From: Chiloscyllium plagiosum
Taxonomy: Eukaryota
Length of the DNA: 54,469 nucleotides
Assembly: GCF_004010195.1 (NCBI RefSeq)
Contig: NC_057718.1
Span: forward strand, 86,425,835 to 86,480,303
Reading direction: 5' to 3'
Shown: positions 1 to 11,189 of the stretch, one piece after another
How the letters are laid out: the number at the start of each line of letters is the position of its first letter
Numbering within the stretch: the stretch's first letter is position 1
Notes under the pieces: generated by a model
The model's database searches: none
What the model was told of the DNA's origin: nothing
Seen by the model: the letters and a program-made list of their open reading frames with translations, nothing else
Made by a program: the position numbers and the translations under genes

Positions 1-780
1 GGGTGGGGATGAAGGTGATAGGTCAGAGAGGAGGATGGAGTGGATAGGTGGAAAGGAAGATAGGCAGGTAGGACAGGTCAAGAGGGCGGTGCTAAGCTGG
101 AAGGTTGGAGCTGGGGGGCAGTGGGGGGTGAGGAAACTGGTGAAATCCACATTGATGCCCTGGGGTTGAAGTGTACTGAGGCGGAAGATGAGGCGTTCTT
201 CCTCCAGGCGTCTGGTGTGAGGGAGCGGTGGTGAAGGAGGCCCAGGACCTCCATGTCCTCAGTAGAGTGGGAGGGAGAGTTGAAATGTTGGGCCACAGGG
301 TGGTGTGGTTGGTTGGTGCGGGTGTCACAGAGATGTTCCCTAAAGCGCTCTGCTAGGAGGCATCCAGTTTCCCCAGTGTAGAGGGGACCACATCAGGAGC
401 ACGGACACAATAAATGATATTAGTGGATGTGCAGGTAAAACTCTGATGGATGTGGAAGGCTCCTTTGGGGCCTTGGATGGAGGTAAGGGGGAGGAGGTGT
501 GGGCGCAGGTTTTTGCAATTCCTGCGGTGGCAGGGGAAGGTGCCAGGAGGGGAGGGTGGGTTGTTGGGGGGGGGGGGGGAGGGGGAGCGTGGACCTGACC
601 AGGTAGTCACGAAGGGACGGTCTTTGCAGAAGGCGGAAATGGGTGGGGAGGAAAATACATCCCCGGTGGTGGGGTCTGTTTGGAGGTGGCGGAAATGTCT
701 CCAATGCATCTCGTCCACATCCCACCTCACCACCCTCAAACCCCACCCCTCCAACCATAACAAGGACAGAACGCCCCTGG
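1..780 (-). mobile_element. Penelope-like element 3' fragment (GIY-YIG region), with a short inverted segment at ~698-780
   Basis: Frameshifted FTCTSTNIIYCVR../GTFPCHRRNCK; homologous to 32000-32900 on the opposite strand. Confidence 0.8.
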
Positions 781-2379
781 GCCCAGTGCAGGAGATGAGT
801 TTGTTGAAAACGTTGATCATGGATCGGATTTAAGGGGTGAGATCGGAGAGGAGTTTGAGAAAGTGAGAGGTGAGAGTGAGGCAGTGGAAGAATTTACAGC
901 AAGGTTAACTCTCTGGACCATTGGAAGGTGGGAAGCAACAGAAGCAACTGATTGGACGGTCTCAGTCTTTGTGACAAAGATGTCTGTGTACTCCTTCCAT
1001 TTACTGCTGGGGTGGGGGTGGAGAACAGAGGGGAGCGCAGTTTGAGAAGATGTGATCAAAGAGAAAGTAAATCAGGTGTTACCTTTGCACTCCAGGATGA
1101 TTCTGGAATAATAAATTGCTTTAACAAATGATAATTGGGCCCAGTATTATTTTAATTATTCCAGCCAACTCTAGTGGTCAATATGAAACTAGTTTGCCAA
1201 TCTTATTCTTTCATATTTACATCCTTTAGCCTGACACAAGCTGATAACATTGTCCTTGCAATTGAATTGCTAATCTTTCACTTCCAGCTTTCTCATGTTC
1301 CTGATTGTTTTGTTGTCCATTTGATGGCCATGTCCAGGGACTCCATTGCTCACAGGAAGACAGTGATTCTTGCTGTAGACAGTCCCCCATTCATTTCTCT
1401 GACCTACAGGAAGCCAGCATTCTCTTACAGGAAGATGAAGGATATGCATCTTGAGCCTTTTCAGCCAATCAGTTGGATGAAGGTTGTCCCTCAGCTTTAG
1501 AGGGATATAGAATGCAATCCAGTTACAGTTAATGTTAGAGTCACTGTTCCCAGTTTAGGAAGGATATCTGGATTTGGAGAGTGGAAATTATTCAGTTTGC
1601 TAACAAAACAAGAAAGTTCAGATGTTGACCAAGTTGAGTAATTGTGTAATGTACACTGTTAGAAGGGCTGTGATCCAAGGATTTATTTTGAAGATGATGA
1701 GATTCTGTAGAACTACATAAAGGTACCCTACATGTTTTTTTAAAGAAGGACACTTTGCTGAGGAAAAAGGCCTAAGGACAACACCGTGACAATGTTGTAT
1801 CCTGCACAGGGCAGGGAGCTTGGACTGAGTCACACAGTTTGGAGAAGCATGGTGCAGATGTTAACGTACAAGAGAAACGGGACCTGATTCCACTTCATAA
1901 TGAAGCATCCTACGGGGTAAGCAACTGCTGCATTATCACTTCCCACTAAACTCTACGAGCACCTTTTTCAATATTTTGATTCCTTGTGTGAAACAAGACT
2001 CCGTACCTATCGGTAGTTTGCACTCAGTGACTCTGGCTCTTGGAGCTCAATTATTATCTGAGATTATAGAGAGATTTCTTCTTTTTAAAATTGGCCTGTA
2101 AATGTTCCTCCCTCCCTTCCTAACAAGGAAATTGTGTGACTGTATGGCCTTGCCATCTTCTCCCCTCTCCTGCCTCCCCATTCCGCTACTAGCCTCCCCT
2201 GCCCGGCCTCTCCTCTCTGGTCTTTATCACCACCCCCCAACTGCCTCACCTCACTCTCTAGCCTTGGCTGTCCCTCCCCTTCTCACTGCCTCTTCCTCTC
2301 TTTGCTATCGTCTCTCCACCTGAAGTCAGTCTGTGCAAGTAGTTCTGATGGATGCAGAATCCCCCAGAACTAATCACAG

Positions 2380-2645
2380 TATCAAAGGCAAACAATTTAG
2401 GTTTGCGATGAAGTGAAATTCTTCATTCAGAGGTTTGTGAATCTTTGGAATTCTCTCTCCCAGAGGGTTCAGGAAGCTCCGTCATTAAATACATTTAAGA
2501 CAGAGATTGCTAGATTTCTAGTTACTAATGACATCAAGGGATAAAGAGATAGTGCAGGAAGATGGTGTTGAGGTAGACATTCAGCCCTGATTGAGAATGG
2601 TGAGACAGCCTGTGCAGCTGAATGGCTTCCTCCTGGCTCCTGGGT
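2380..2645 (+). mobile_element. Old CR1 LINE 3' fragment
   Basis: ttcttcattcagagg..gtgaatctttggaattctct (FFxQRVVNLWNSL-type CR1 C-terminus). Confidence 0.6.
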
Positions 2646-3564
2646 TCAATGTCCAGCTGCTGCCTGCACTAACCAACTTCTGCCACCAGATGGAGGCATA
2701 AGGTATCTTTTTTTAAGTTAAAAATCACACAACACCAGATTATCAGGTTTAATTGGAAGCACACTAGCTTTTGGAGCGTCGCTCCTTCATCAGGTGGTAG
2801 TGGAGGATTCAATCCTAAGACACAGAATTTATAGCAAAAAATTACAGTGTGATGTAACTGGAATTATACATTGAAAAATACCTTGATTGTCTGTTGAGTC
2901 CTTCATCTGTTAGAATACCATGATAGTTTCACTTCTTTCATGTGTAAATCACAAAAGATTTTTTTAAAACTTGCATTCTCAAGTTGGCTGTAACAATCTG
3001 TGATAGCTAGACAATATGGTGAAGGCGTTAGCCCCCTGTGTTCTCTGTCTATGCCATGATGTTTAGATTGATTCTAATCTAAAAAGTGAGATAACAGAGT
3101 TTTATATAAATTCATGCAGTTTTTGAGCAAAGTACAATGTAATTCTGCAAGTACGTGTCAGAGTGTGGACATAGATACCACCATTACGCGTGGGGACACC
3201 TCCCACCTTGTACATGGCAGGTATTCATATGACTCGGCCAACGTTGTCTATCTTATACGTTGCAGGCAAGGATGCCCGGAGGCATGGGACATTGGGGAAA
3301 CCGAGCAAAGGCTACGACAATGAATGAATAGGCACCGCACAACAGTCAACAGACAGGAGGATTCCCTTCGAGTTGGGGAACACTTCAGTGGTCCAGGACA
3401 TTCAACCTCGGATCTTTGGGTGACCATCCTCGAAGGCGGACTTCGGGACAGGCAGCAGCGAAAAGTGGCCGAGCAGAGGCTGATAGCTACGTTCGGTACC
3501 CATAGGGAAGGCCTCAACCGGGACCTTGGGTTCATGTCACATTACAGGTGACCACCATTGCACT

Positions 3565-3752
3565 ATACACACACACAGACACACACACTCACACACACAC
3601 AGGCGCTCCTATACACGCATACACACAGACACCCACACACACCCTTACAGACACACACTCCCACACTCACACACTCTCTCTCACATTCACAACCCCCAAC
3701 CCAGACAGACACACACACGCACAGACAAAGACCCACATGCACACATATATAT
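3565..3752. repeat. Degenerate (CA)n microsatellite inside the Penelope 3' region
   Basis: CA-rich tract; explains the spurious His/Thr-rich ORFs. Confidence 0.85.
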
Positions 3753-4130
3753 ATTGTGGGGTGAATTTGTACTTGTAGAATTACATTGTACTTTGCTCAA
3801 AAACTACATGAATTCATGTAAAACTCTGTTATCTCACTTTTTAGATTAGAATCAATCTAAACATCATTGCATAGACAGAGAACACAGGGGGCTAACACCT
3901 TCAACATATTGTCTAGCTATCACCCATTGTTAACAGCTAACCTGAGAATGCAAGTTTTAAAAAAAGGTTTTATGATTTACACATGAAGGAAGTGAAACTA
4001 TCACTGTATTCTAACAGATGAAAGACTCAACAGACAATCAAGGTATTTTTCAATGTATAATTTCAGTTACATCACATTGTAAATTATTGCTATAAAATCT
4101 GTGTGTTAGGATTGAGCCCTCCACTACCAC

Positions 4131-4168
4131 CTGATGAAGGAGCGACGCTCCGAAAGCTAGTGTGCTTC
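4131..4168 (+). ncRNA. Hammerhead ribozyme motif (Penelope terminal repeat)
   Basis: CTGATGA-A-GGAGC-GAC-GCTCC-GAAA-GC..GCTTC: core boxes flanking a perfect 5-bp stem II. Confidence 0.65.
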
Positions 4169-4392
4169 CAATTACACCTGATGGACTATAACCTGGTGTT
4201 GTGTGATTTTTAACTTTGTACACCCCAGTCCAACACCGGCATCTCCAAACCACAATCTTTTTTATAAAACATTGTGTGATGCATTTTGTTTTGTGAATTA
4301 TTTCAGCTCAGAATGCAGCGCTGCACATATACAGTGTGGTATCTCAGTTTAGACTTTGCCCTTTCAGGGTGACAAATTTCAAAAGGATTTGA

Positions 4393-4570
4393 GTGTGCGC
4401 TGCTGGAAAAGCACATCAGGTCAGGCAGCATCCGAGGAGCAGGAGAGTCAGCATTTCAGGCAAAAGCCTTTCATCAGAAATGTCGATTCTCCTGCTGCCT
4501 GACCTGATGTGCTTTTCCAGCATCACAAGCTCGACTCGAATCTCCAACATCTGCAGTCCTCACTTTCACC
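4393..4570. mobile_element. Palindromic Penelope-terminus mini-element with decayed hammerhead
   Basis: tgctggaaaagcacatcaggtcaggcagca ... tgctgcctgacctgatgtgcttttccagca inverted arms. Confidence 0.7.
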
Positions 4571-4728
4571 TAAATGTCAAAAGGAGCCCATTGACTCCTA
4601 TGGAACTCATGATTCACTTAAAATTGTTTCATGAAAGATTGCAATTTTCTTGAATGCAGTCACAACTTTAAATGAGAAGTGTATGGGGAACATTACATTT
4701 CTAAGTCCTTATTTTGTTTTCCTTTCAG

Positions 4729-4914
4729 CGTGTGGATATTACAGCACTTTTGATCCAATACAACACCCGTGTCAATGTAACTGATAAACGGGCTGTCACT
4801 CCATTGCATGAAGCAGCACAGAAAGGAAGGACACAACTCCGTGCTCTGCTGCTGGCTCCTGGGGCAGACCTTCCCATGAAGAACCAGGTAGGCCCGACGC
4901 CTTTGGATTTGGCA
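4729..4914 (+). pseudogene. TNKS: Isolated degenerate tankyrase ankyrin-repeat exon
   Basis: [62 protein letters not shown] resembles the tankyrase segment [24 protein letters not shown]; preceded by a polypyrimidine tract+cag and followed by gtaaag; no other TNKS exons seen. Confidence 0.8.
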
Positions 4915-4920
4915 GTAAAG

Positions 4921-5520
4921 TCATAGAGGTGTACAGCACAGAAGCAGACCCTTCGGTCCAACTCATCCATGCTGACCAGATATCCGAAACTAATCTAGTC
5001 CCATTTACCAGCACTTGGCCCATAGCCCTCTAAGGGGTAAAAACAATGATAGAAACCAGATTCTGGATTAGTGGTGCTGGAAGAGCACAGCAGTTCAGGC
5101 AGCATCCAAGGAGCAGCGAAATCGACGTTCCGGGCAAAAGCTCTTCATCAGGAATTTATGTACCTATGTTATAAATGTTATCATTTCACAAGTCTCCAAC
5201 ACTTCCTCTGGCAGCTCATTCCATTTGTGCACCACCCTTTGCATGAAAAAGTTGCATCTTAAGTTCGCTTTAAAATCCTCCCACCTTAACCTAAACCTAT
5301 GCCCTCTAGTTCTGAACTCCCCCACTGCAGGGAAAAGACCTTGTCTATATAACCTATCTATTCCCCCCAGGATTTTTGAAACCTCCATATGGTCACCCCT
5401 CAGCATCCAATGCTCCAAGGAAAACAGCCCCAGCCTATTCAGCCTCTCCCTATAGCTCAAATCCTCCAATCCTGGCAATATCCTTGTAAATCTTTTCTGA
5501 ACCCTTTCAAGTATTATAGC
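4921..5520 (-). mobile_element. CR1 LINE 3' end, interrupted by a hammerhead mini-element (~5050-5155)
   Basis: LERVQKRFTRILPGLEDLSYRERLNRLGLFSLE..NFFMQRVVHKWNELP plus CR1 3' UTR. Confidence 0.85.
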
Positions 5521-5524
5521 ATCT

Positions 5525-5833
5525 GAGCACAGTGGCTCCGTGATTAGCACTACTGCCTCACAGTGCCAGGGACCTGGGTTCGATTCCAACCTCAAGTGAA
5601 TGACTGCATGGAGTTTGTACATTATCCCCATGTCTCTGTGGGATTCCTCCGGGTGCTCCTTTTTCCTCCCACAATCCAAAGAGGTGCAGGTTAGGTAAAT
5701 TGGCTGTGCTAATTTGCCTGTAGTGTTCAGGAATGCATGAGTTAGGGGAATGAGTCTAGGTGGATTGCTTTTCATGAGCTGGTGTGGACTTGTCGGGCTG
5801 AAGGGCCTGTTTCCACACTGTAAGGATTCTATG
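5525..5833 (+). mobile_element. tRNA-derived SINE (HE1/V-SINE-like) with CR1-type tail
   Basis: A/B-box head (agtggctccgtgattagc..gggttcgattcc); tail gggcctgtttccacactgt..ttctatga. Confidence 0.8.
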
Positions 5834-5979
5834 ACATTTCACAGAGACACCAGTTTATGAGTGAGAAATATGTATGCATTTTAAACTCAGTGAGAAAGAA
5901 TTTGACCTGCCTCCAGAGTTCCAGCACATCATCTTTACCACTCAGAGGCGGTTTCTGGAGAGGATTGACTTGGAATCTG

Positions 5980-8190
5980 ATTCTTTATTCTCCCATGGGA
6001 TGTGGGTGTTACTGGCTGGCTGGCCAGCATTTACTGACTGTTCTTCGATGCCTTTGAGAAGGTGGGGGTGAGCTGCCTTTTTAAACTGCTGCAGTCACAT
6101 GCTGTATGTAGACCCACAATGCCCTTAGGGAGGGAAGTCCAGGAGTTTAACCCAACGACAGTGAAGGAAAGGCAATACATTTCCAAATTAGGATAGTGGG
6201 TGGCTTGGAGGGAAATGGAAGGTTGTGGTATTCCCATGTATCTGTTGTCCTTGTCCTTCAAGAAGGAAGTGGTCATGGGTTTGGAAGGTGCTATCTTAAG
6301 GAGCTTCAGTGATTTTCTGCCATGCATCTTGTAGATAGTACACACGGCTGCTACTGAGCATCAATGGTGAAGGGAGTGAGTGATTGCAGATGTGGTGCCA
6401 ATCAAGTGGGCTACTTTGTCCTGAATGATGCCAAGCTTTTTGAGTGCTGTTGGGGTTACACTCATCCAGACACCTGGGGAGCAATCTATCATACTCCTAA
6501 CGTGTGCCTTATAGATGGAAGACAGGCTTTGGGAAGTCAGGAGGTGAGTTATTCATGCAGTATTCCTCGCCTGTGACCCATTGTAGCCAGTGTGTTTATG
6601 TGGTAAGTCCAGCTAAGTTTCTGGTCAATGGTAACCCCAGGAATGTGCTAGTGGGGTATTCAGTTTGGTAACACCATTGAATATCAAGGGGCTCTGGTTA
6701 AATTGTCTCCTATTGTAGATGGCCATTGCTTGGCATTTGTGTAGTGTGAATGCTACTTGCTATTTTGGCAAAATTCCTGATGATGGGCTCCTGCCCAAAA
6801 CGTTGATTTTCCTGCTTCTCGGATGCTGCCTGACCTGCTGTGCTTTTCCAGCGCCATTCTAATCGTTACTTGCATTTTGTCAACCCAAGCCTGGAAATTG
6901 TCCAGATCTTGTTGCACTGGGACACAGACTGCTTCAGTAACTGAGGAGTCGCAAATGGTGCTGAACATTGTGTAATCATTGGTGAACATTCCCATTTCTG
7001 ATTTCATGATGGAGGGAAAGTGATTGATGAAGCAGCTGAAGATTATGGGGCCGAGAAGATGTTTCTGAGGAACTCCTGTAGCAATGTCCTGGAGCTGAGA
7101 TGACTGACCTCCAATAACCACAATCATCGTCCAATGTGCCAGGTACAACTCCAACCACCGGAGAGTGTGTTCCCTCATACCCACTGCTTCCAGTTTTACA
7201 GTGGCTGCTTGATGCCTTCCTCACTCAAGTGGAACATTAATATCAAGGGCTGTCACTCTCAGCTTCCCTTGGCAATTGAGCTCTTTCCTCCATGTTTGAA
7301 CCAAGGCCATGATAAGATCAAGAGCTGAGTGGTCCCGGCAGAATCCAAATTGGGCACCAGTCAGCAGGTTATTGCTGAGCAGGTACTTCTTGATAGCATC
7401 ATCAATGACACCTTCATTACTTTACTGTTGATTGAGAATAGACCAATGGGGCGGTAATTGGCTGGGTTGGATTTGTCTGCTTTTTGTATCCAGGACGTGC
7501 CTGGTCAATGTTCCACATTGTCGGCTCGATGCCAGTGTTGTAACTGTACTGGAAAAGTTTGGCAGGAGTTCCGGAGCACACGTCTTCAGTGCCATGGCCG
7601 CAGTGCTGTCAGGGCCCATAGCCTTTGCAGTATCCAGTGCCTCCAACAGTTTCGCGACATCACCTGAACCAAATTGGCTGAAGGCTGGCATCTATGAGGC
7701 TGGGGACCAATGGAGGAGATTGAAATGGATCATCCCCTCATAACATCTGGCTGAAGATTGCTGCGAATGCTTCAGCCTTGTCTTTTACACTGACATGCTG
7801 GCCTCTTCCATCACTGAGGCTGGGTATATTTGAGGAGAGTCCGCTTCTATTGAGTTGTTTAATTGTCCACCAACATTCCTGACTGGATGTGGCAGGACTG
7901 CAGAGCTTAGACTGATCTGTTGCTTGGGGGATAACTTAGCTCTGTCTATCACTCACTGCTGATGATACTTGACATGCACGTAGTCCTGTTTAATAGCTTC
8001 AGAAGGTTGACATCGCATTTTGAGTTAAACCTGGTGCTGCTCCTGGCCAGCCTTCCTGCACTCTCCATTGAATCAGGACTGATGACTGGGCTTAATGGTA
8101 ATGGTTGAGTGAGGGATATGCTGGGCCAGGAGGTACAGATTATGCTGGAATACAATTCTGCTGCTGCTGTTACCGATGACCACAGTGCCG
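5980..8190 (-). mobile_element. Degenerate CR1/L2-superfamily LINE (RT region and 3' end)
   Basis: RT remnants LRWLELYL..VVIGGQSS..GVPQ..LGPIIFSCFIN and KAMGPD..LKTCAPEL. Confidence 0.8.
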
Positions 8191-8192
8191 CA

Positions 8193-8543
8193 TAGAATCA
8201 TAGAATCCCTACAGCGTGGAAACAGGCCCTTCCCCTAACAAGTTCACACTGACCCTCCAAAGGGTATCCCACCCAAACCATTTCCCATTACTCTACATTT
8301 GCCCCAGACTAATGCACCTAACCTACATATCCCTGAACGCTATGGGTAATTTAGCATAGCCAATTCACTTAAACTGCACATGTTTGGATTGTGGGAGGAA
8401 ACCAGAGCACCCAGACTAAAGCTACACAGACACGGTGAGAATATGCAAACTCCACACAGACAGTCGCCCAAGGCTGGAATCAAACCCAGGTCCCTGGCGC
8501 TGTGAGGCAGCAGTGCTAACCACTGAGCCACTGTGTCACCCAC
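8193..8543 (-). mobile_element. tRNA-derived SINE (HE1-like)
   Basis: Reverse complement of the family at 28103-28438. Confidence 0.85.
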
Positions 8544-9205
8544 AACATGGATGCCCAGTCTTGAGGTCCTAAATCTAATTGAAATATGTTCCTTTTACCA
8601 CAGTGATAGTGTCACACAACACAATGGACAATATTGTTAATGTGGTGGTGCTGCTATGGAGAGAATATTATCTAATGTTCCAGTGAGTTTAATAAGCATC
8701 AAGAAAGAGGCTTTAAGTCTTGCGGTTCGAAGTGTACGTAAACCTTAGTTTGGGGGAAGTACTAATTTATACAAACCACAGCCCACTTCTCGAAGTATTC
8801 AGGTGCATGTATGAGAAAATAGCAATGTAATTACTGATGTTTTATCTAAAGTTTAGTTTAGGAACATAGGAAGGTAAGAAGGTGCTGAGTTGTGATAATT
8901 ATGTCAGGTATTAATTTGTTTAATCCAAATTGTTTAACTTACTTTTAATGCTCATTTATAATAGCTCCAATACAATTCTTCTGTCATTAAAACTATTACT
9001 TTAATATATTAACATATTCTCAAGGATACATAGCATTTCACATCTGTCCAAGACTAAATCTTTCTATTTCAAATCATAAACCTCCTAATTATTAATGTGC
9101 AGGAAAACCCTTGGAAAGTAACCTCTTCTGAATTCATGTTTTTGGAAAAGTATTTTTCAGTAGAATATTTTTAGATTCAAACTTCTTATATCTGTTGAGA
9201 TTGTG

Positions 9206-9330
9206 TTGCCTAATATTTGTTAAAATGATGTACAAATGTTTCTGCTCAGGGACCTTGAACTAATTCCACTCCCTCTGAAACCTAATTGAATCACAGGGGG
9301 GATGTAGTTGCTTTATATAAAGGGCTGTCA
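9206..9330 (+). promoter_or_regulatory. Proximal promoter of GPCR copy A, with TATA box TATATAAA at 9314-9321
   Basis: TATA ~75 nt upstream of the ATG. Blocks TTGCCTAATATTTGTTAAAAT and TAATTGAATCAC are conserved upstream of copy C. Confidence 0.6.
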
Positions 9331-9395
9331 TTAATGAAATACATTTGGTGCTTCAGGTCTATTTTCACGCTTGGTGTTGTCTCCACTCTCTAAAA

Positions 9396-9465
9396 ATGGG
9401 ACTGTCCACAATTGAACAGACAGTTTTCATTTACTATCATTTCATTGCAATTTTTGGAGTTCCTG
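9396..9465 (+). CDS. GPR139/GPR142-like class A GPCR, copy A, exon 1 (MGLSTIEQTVFIYYHFIAIFGVP)
   Basis: ATG at 9396, open frame to CCT G|gtaag donor (phase 1). Joins in frame to the acceptor at 10203/10204 to give TM1 'FGVPANLLTIVLL'. Homologous to 24670-24748. Confidence 0.88.
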
Positions 9466-10203
9466 GTAAGAAACTGAAGCCGGGTGATTATTTATTTCCT
9501 TGTTAACCGATCTTTAACTCGCTTCTTGTTCTACTTCTCACTCAGCCTGGGAAACCTCAGGTTTTGTCTCTTTCGTCTTCAATCCCATTTCAGGCACTCC
9601 TTTGATAAACAGAAAATGCTGCAATTTATGAAGTTTAAATTCATCAGAAATTGTATGGACATGCAGTACATGAGGACATTACGTGCTGGTCCATGTTTGG
9701 AGAAACAGATGTTTCCAGACCCATTGCTCCCGATGCTCTTCACTGCTGGGGCTTTTCATTGTCCCATGTTTGTGTCTGTTATTGATTCATTGATTTCTAT
9801 GATTAGTTCACAACTCGGTGATATCTGTACCTTGTAAATACCAGGAGGGTGGAATGCAAACTGCAGGGAATGTGCTCTTCACTTTCTTAATTCCTAGCTC
9901 CTCCGTTTATTTCTGAATGTTTTCCTGGATTGTGAGGGGAATATGATGGTTTTCCATCTGACCAGTAATATCTCATGTGCATAAACATATTGTGAAGTTA
10001 TCAGGCAGGGAAAGCTCAATCAGGGCATAAAGAAGCAAAGAGAAGGATATTTTGATCTGGGAAGCTGAAGTAAGGTGGGTGGAGGCCCTTGTGGATCATA
10101 AACAGCAGAATACAACTATTGGGAAGAGTGACTTGAACCTTTTGCTGTAGTTTTCAGCTAAGAGGATGTCATTAACTTGGAAATGTTGCTCTTTTTGTTG
10201 TAG

Positions 10204-11150
10204 CTAACCTCCTGACAATTGTCCTTCTGTCTCGAGGAGGCTGTGGTCTATCAAAACGGGTCACTCTTTACTTGGTGGGTATGACAACAGCAGACCTTCT
10301 GGTCATCATTTTCAATGTGATCATCTATTACATGCTTGGATACTATATACCATTTTCATTTCTGGACTACACTTCCATTTACAGCATCAACGAGGTTATC
10401 AATTATTCGATTATTGAATCCTCAATTTGGTTGACGGTCGCTTTTACTGTTGACCGCTTTGTCCTCATTTGTTGTCAACATTTCAGAGAAAAGTATTGCA
10501 GGAAGGAGACTGCAGCTGTGGTGATAGTGACTGTGTGTGTTGTGTTCTCACTCAAAAATATTCCCTTGTATTTTGCGTTTGAGCCAATCTATATAATTAA
10601 CAATGTGGAGTGGGGCGCTCATTTCAAACCAACCTATTACACCTTGCCAGGATGGATCACTTACGACTGGATTGGTACTATTTTGAAACCATTATTACCA
10701 TATTTTATGATTTTGTTATTTAACGTACTGACTGTCCAACACATTGTGATGGCTAATCGAACCCGCAGAGCACTGCAAGGTCAACGCAACACCCAGAACA
10801 GCGACGATCCAGAGATGCAGAGCCGAAGGAAATCCATCATTTTACTGTTCACCATTTCTGGCACTTTTATCGTGCTTTGGATGCCATATGTTGTGTTTTT
10901 CCTCATTTCCAGGATTACAAGAAATCTTTATGAACCAGATCATTATACAGATCCCCTCCTAATCGCAGATTACACTGCAGATATGTTTCAACTGCTGAGC
11001 ACCTGTACAAACACATGTATTTACGCACTGGCCCAGACTAAATTCAGAGAAAGGTTGCGAGATGCCATAACATATCCATTCTATGCACTTTTTAACTCTG
11101 TGAAGAAACTATCGCAACACAGCAGCTGCACTTTGGCAGCAATCTCCTGA
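10204..11150 (+). CDS. GPR139/GPR142-like class A GPCR, copy A, exon 2 (338 aa spliced)
   Basis: ttgttgtag|CT acceptor; 7TM hydrophobic pattern; ADLL (TM2), AFTVDRF (DRY variant), LWMP (TM6), NTCIY (NPxxY variant); TGA ending 11150; 70+947 nt = 339 codons. Confidence 0.92.
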
Positions 11151-11189
11151 ATTGTAATTTGAATTCTTTCCTCAGACTGTGACCTGTCC

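Larger units (their letters stand above)
2716..4254 (+). mobile_element. Penelope-like element with ~440-bp inverted terminal arms, GIY-YIG remnant and hammerhead motifs
   Basis: 2716-3154 is the reverse complement of ~3769-4215; internal NVVYLIRCRQGCPEAWDIGETEQRLRQ*MNRHR..VGEHF (GIY-YIG); ATCTTTTTT on both flanks. Confidence 0.88.

Noticed and set aside
3526..3849. His/Thr-rich ORFs
   Set aside because: Translations of a (CA)n tract.
10272..11150. ORF-track starts for single-exon GPCRs (10272, 25595)
   Set aside because: Non-ATG starts lacking TM1; the true starts are in upstream exons joined by phase-1 introns.
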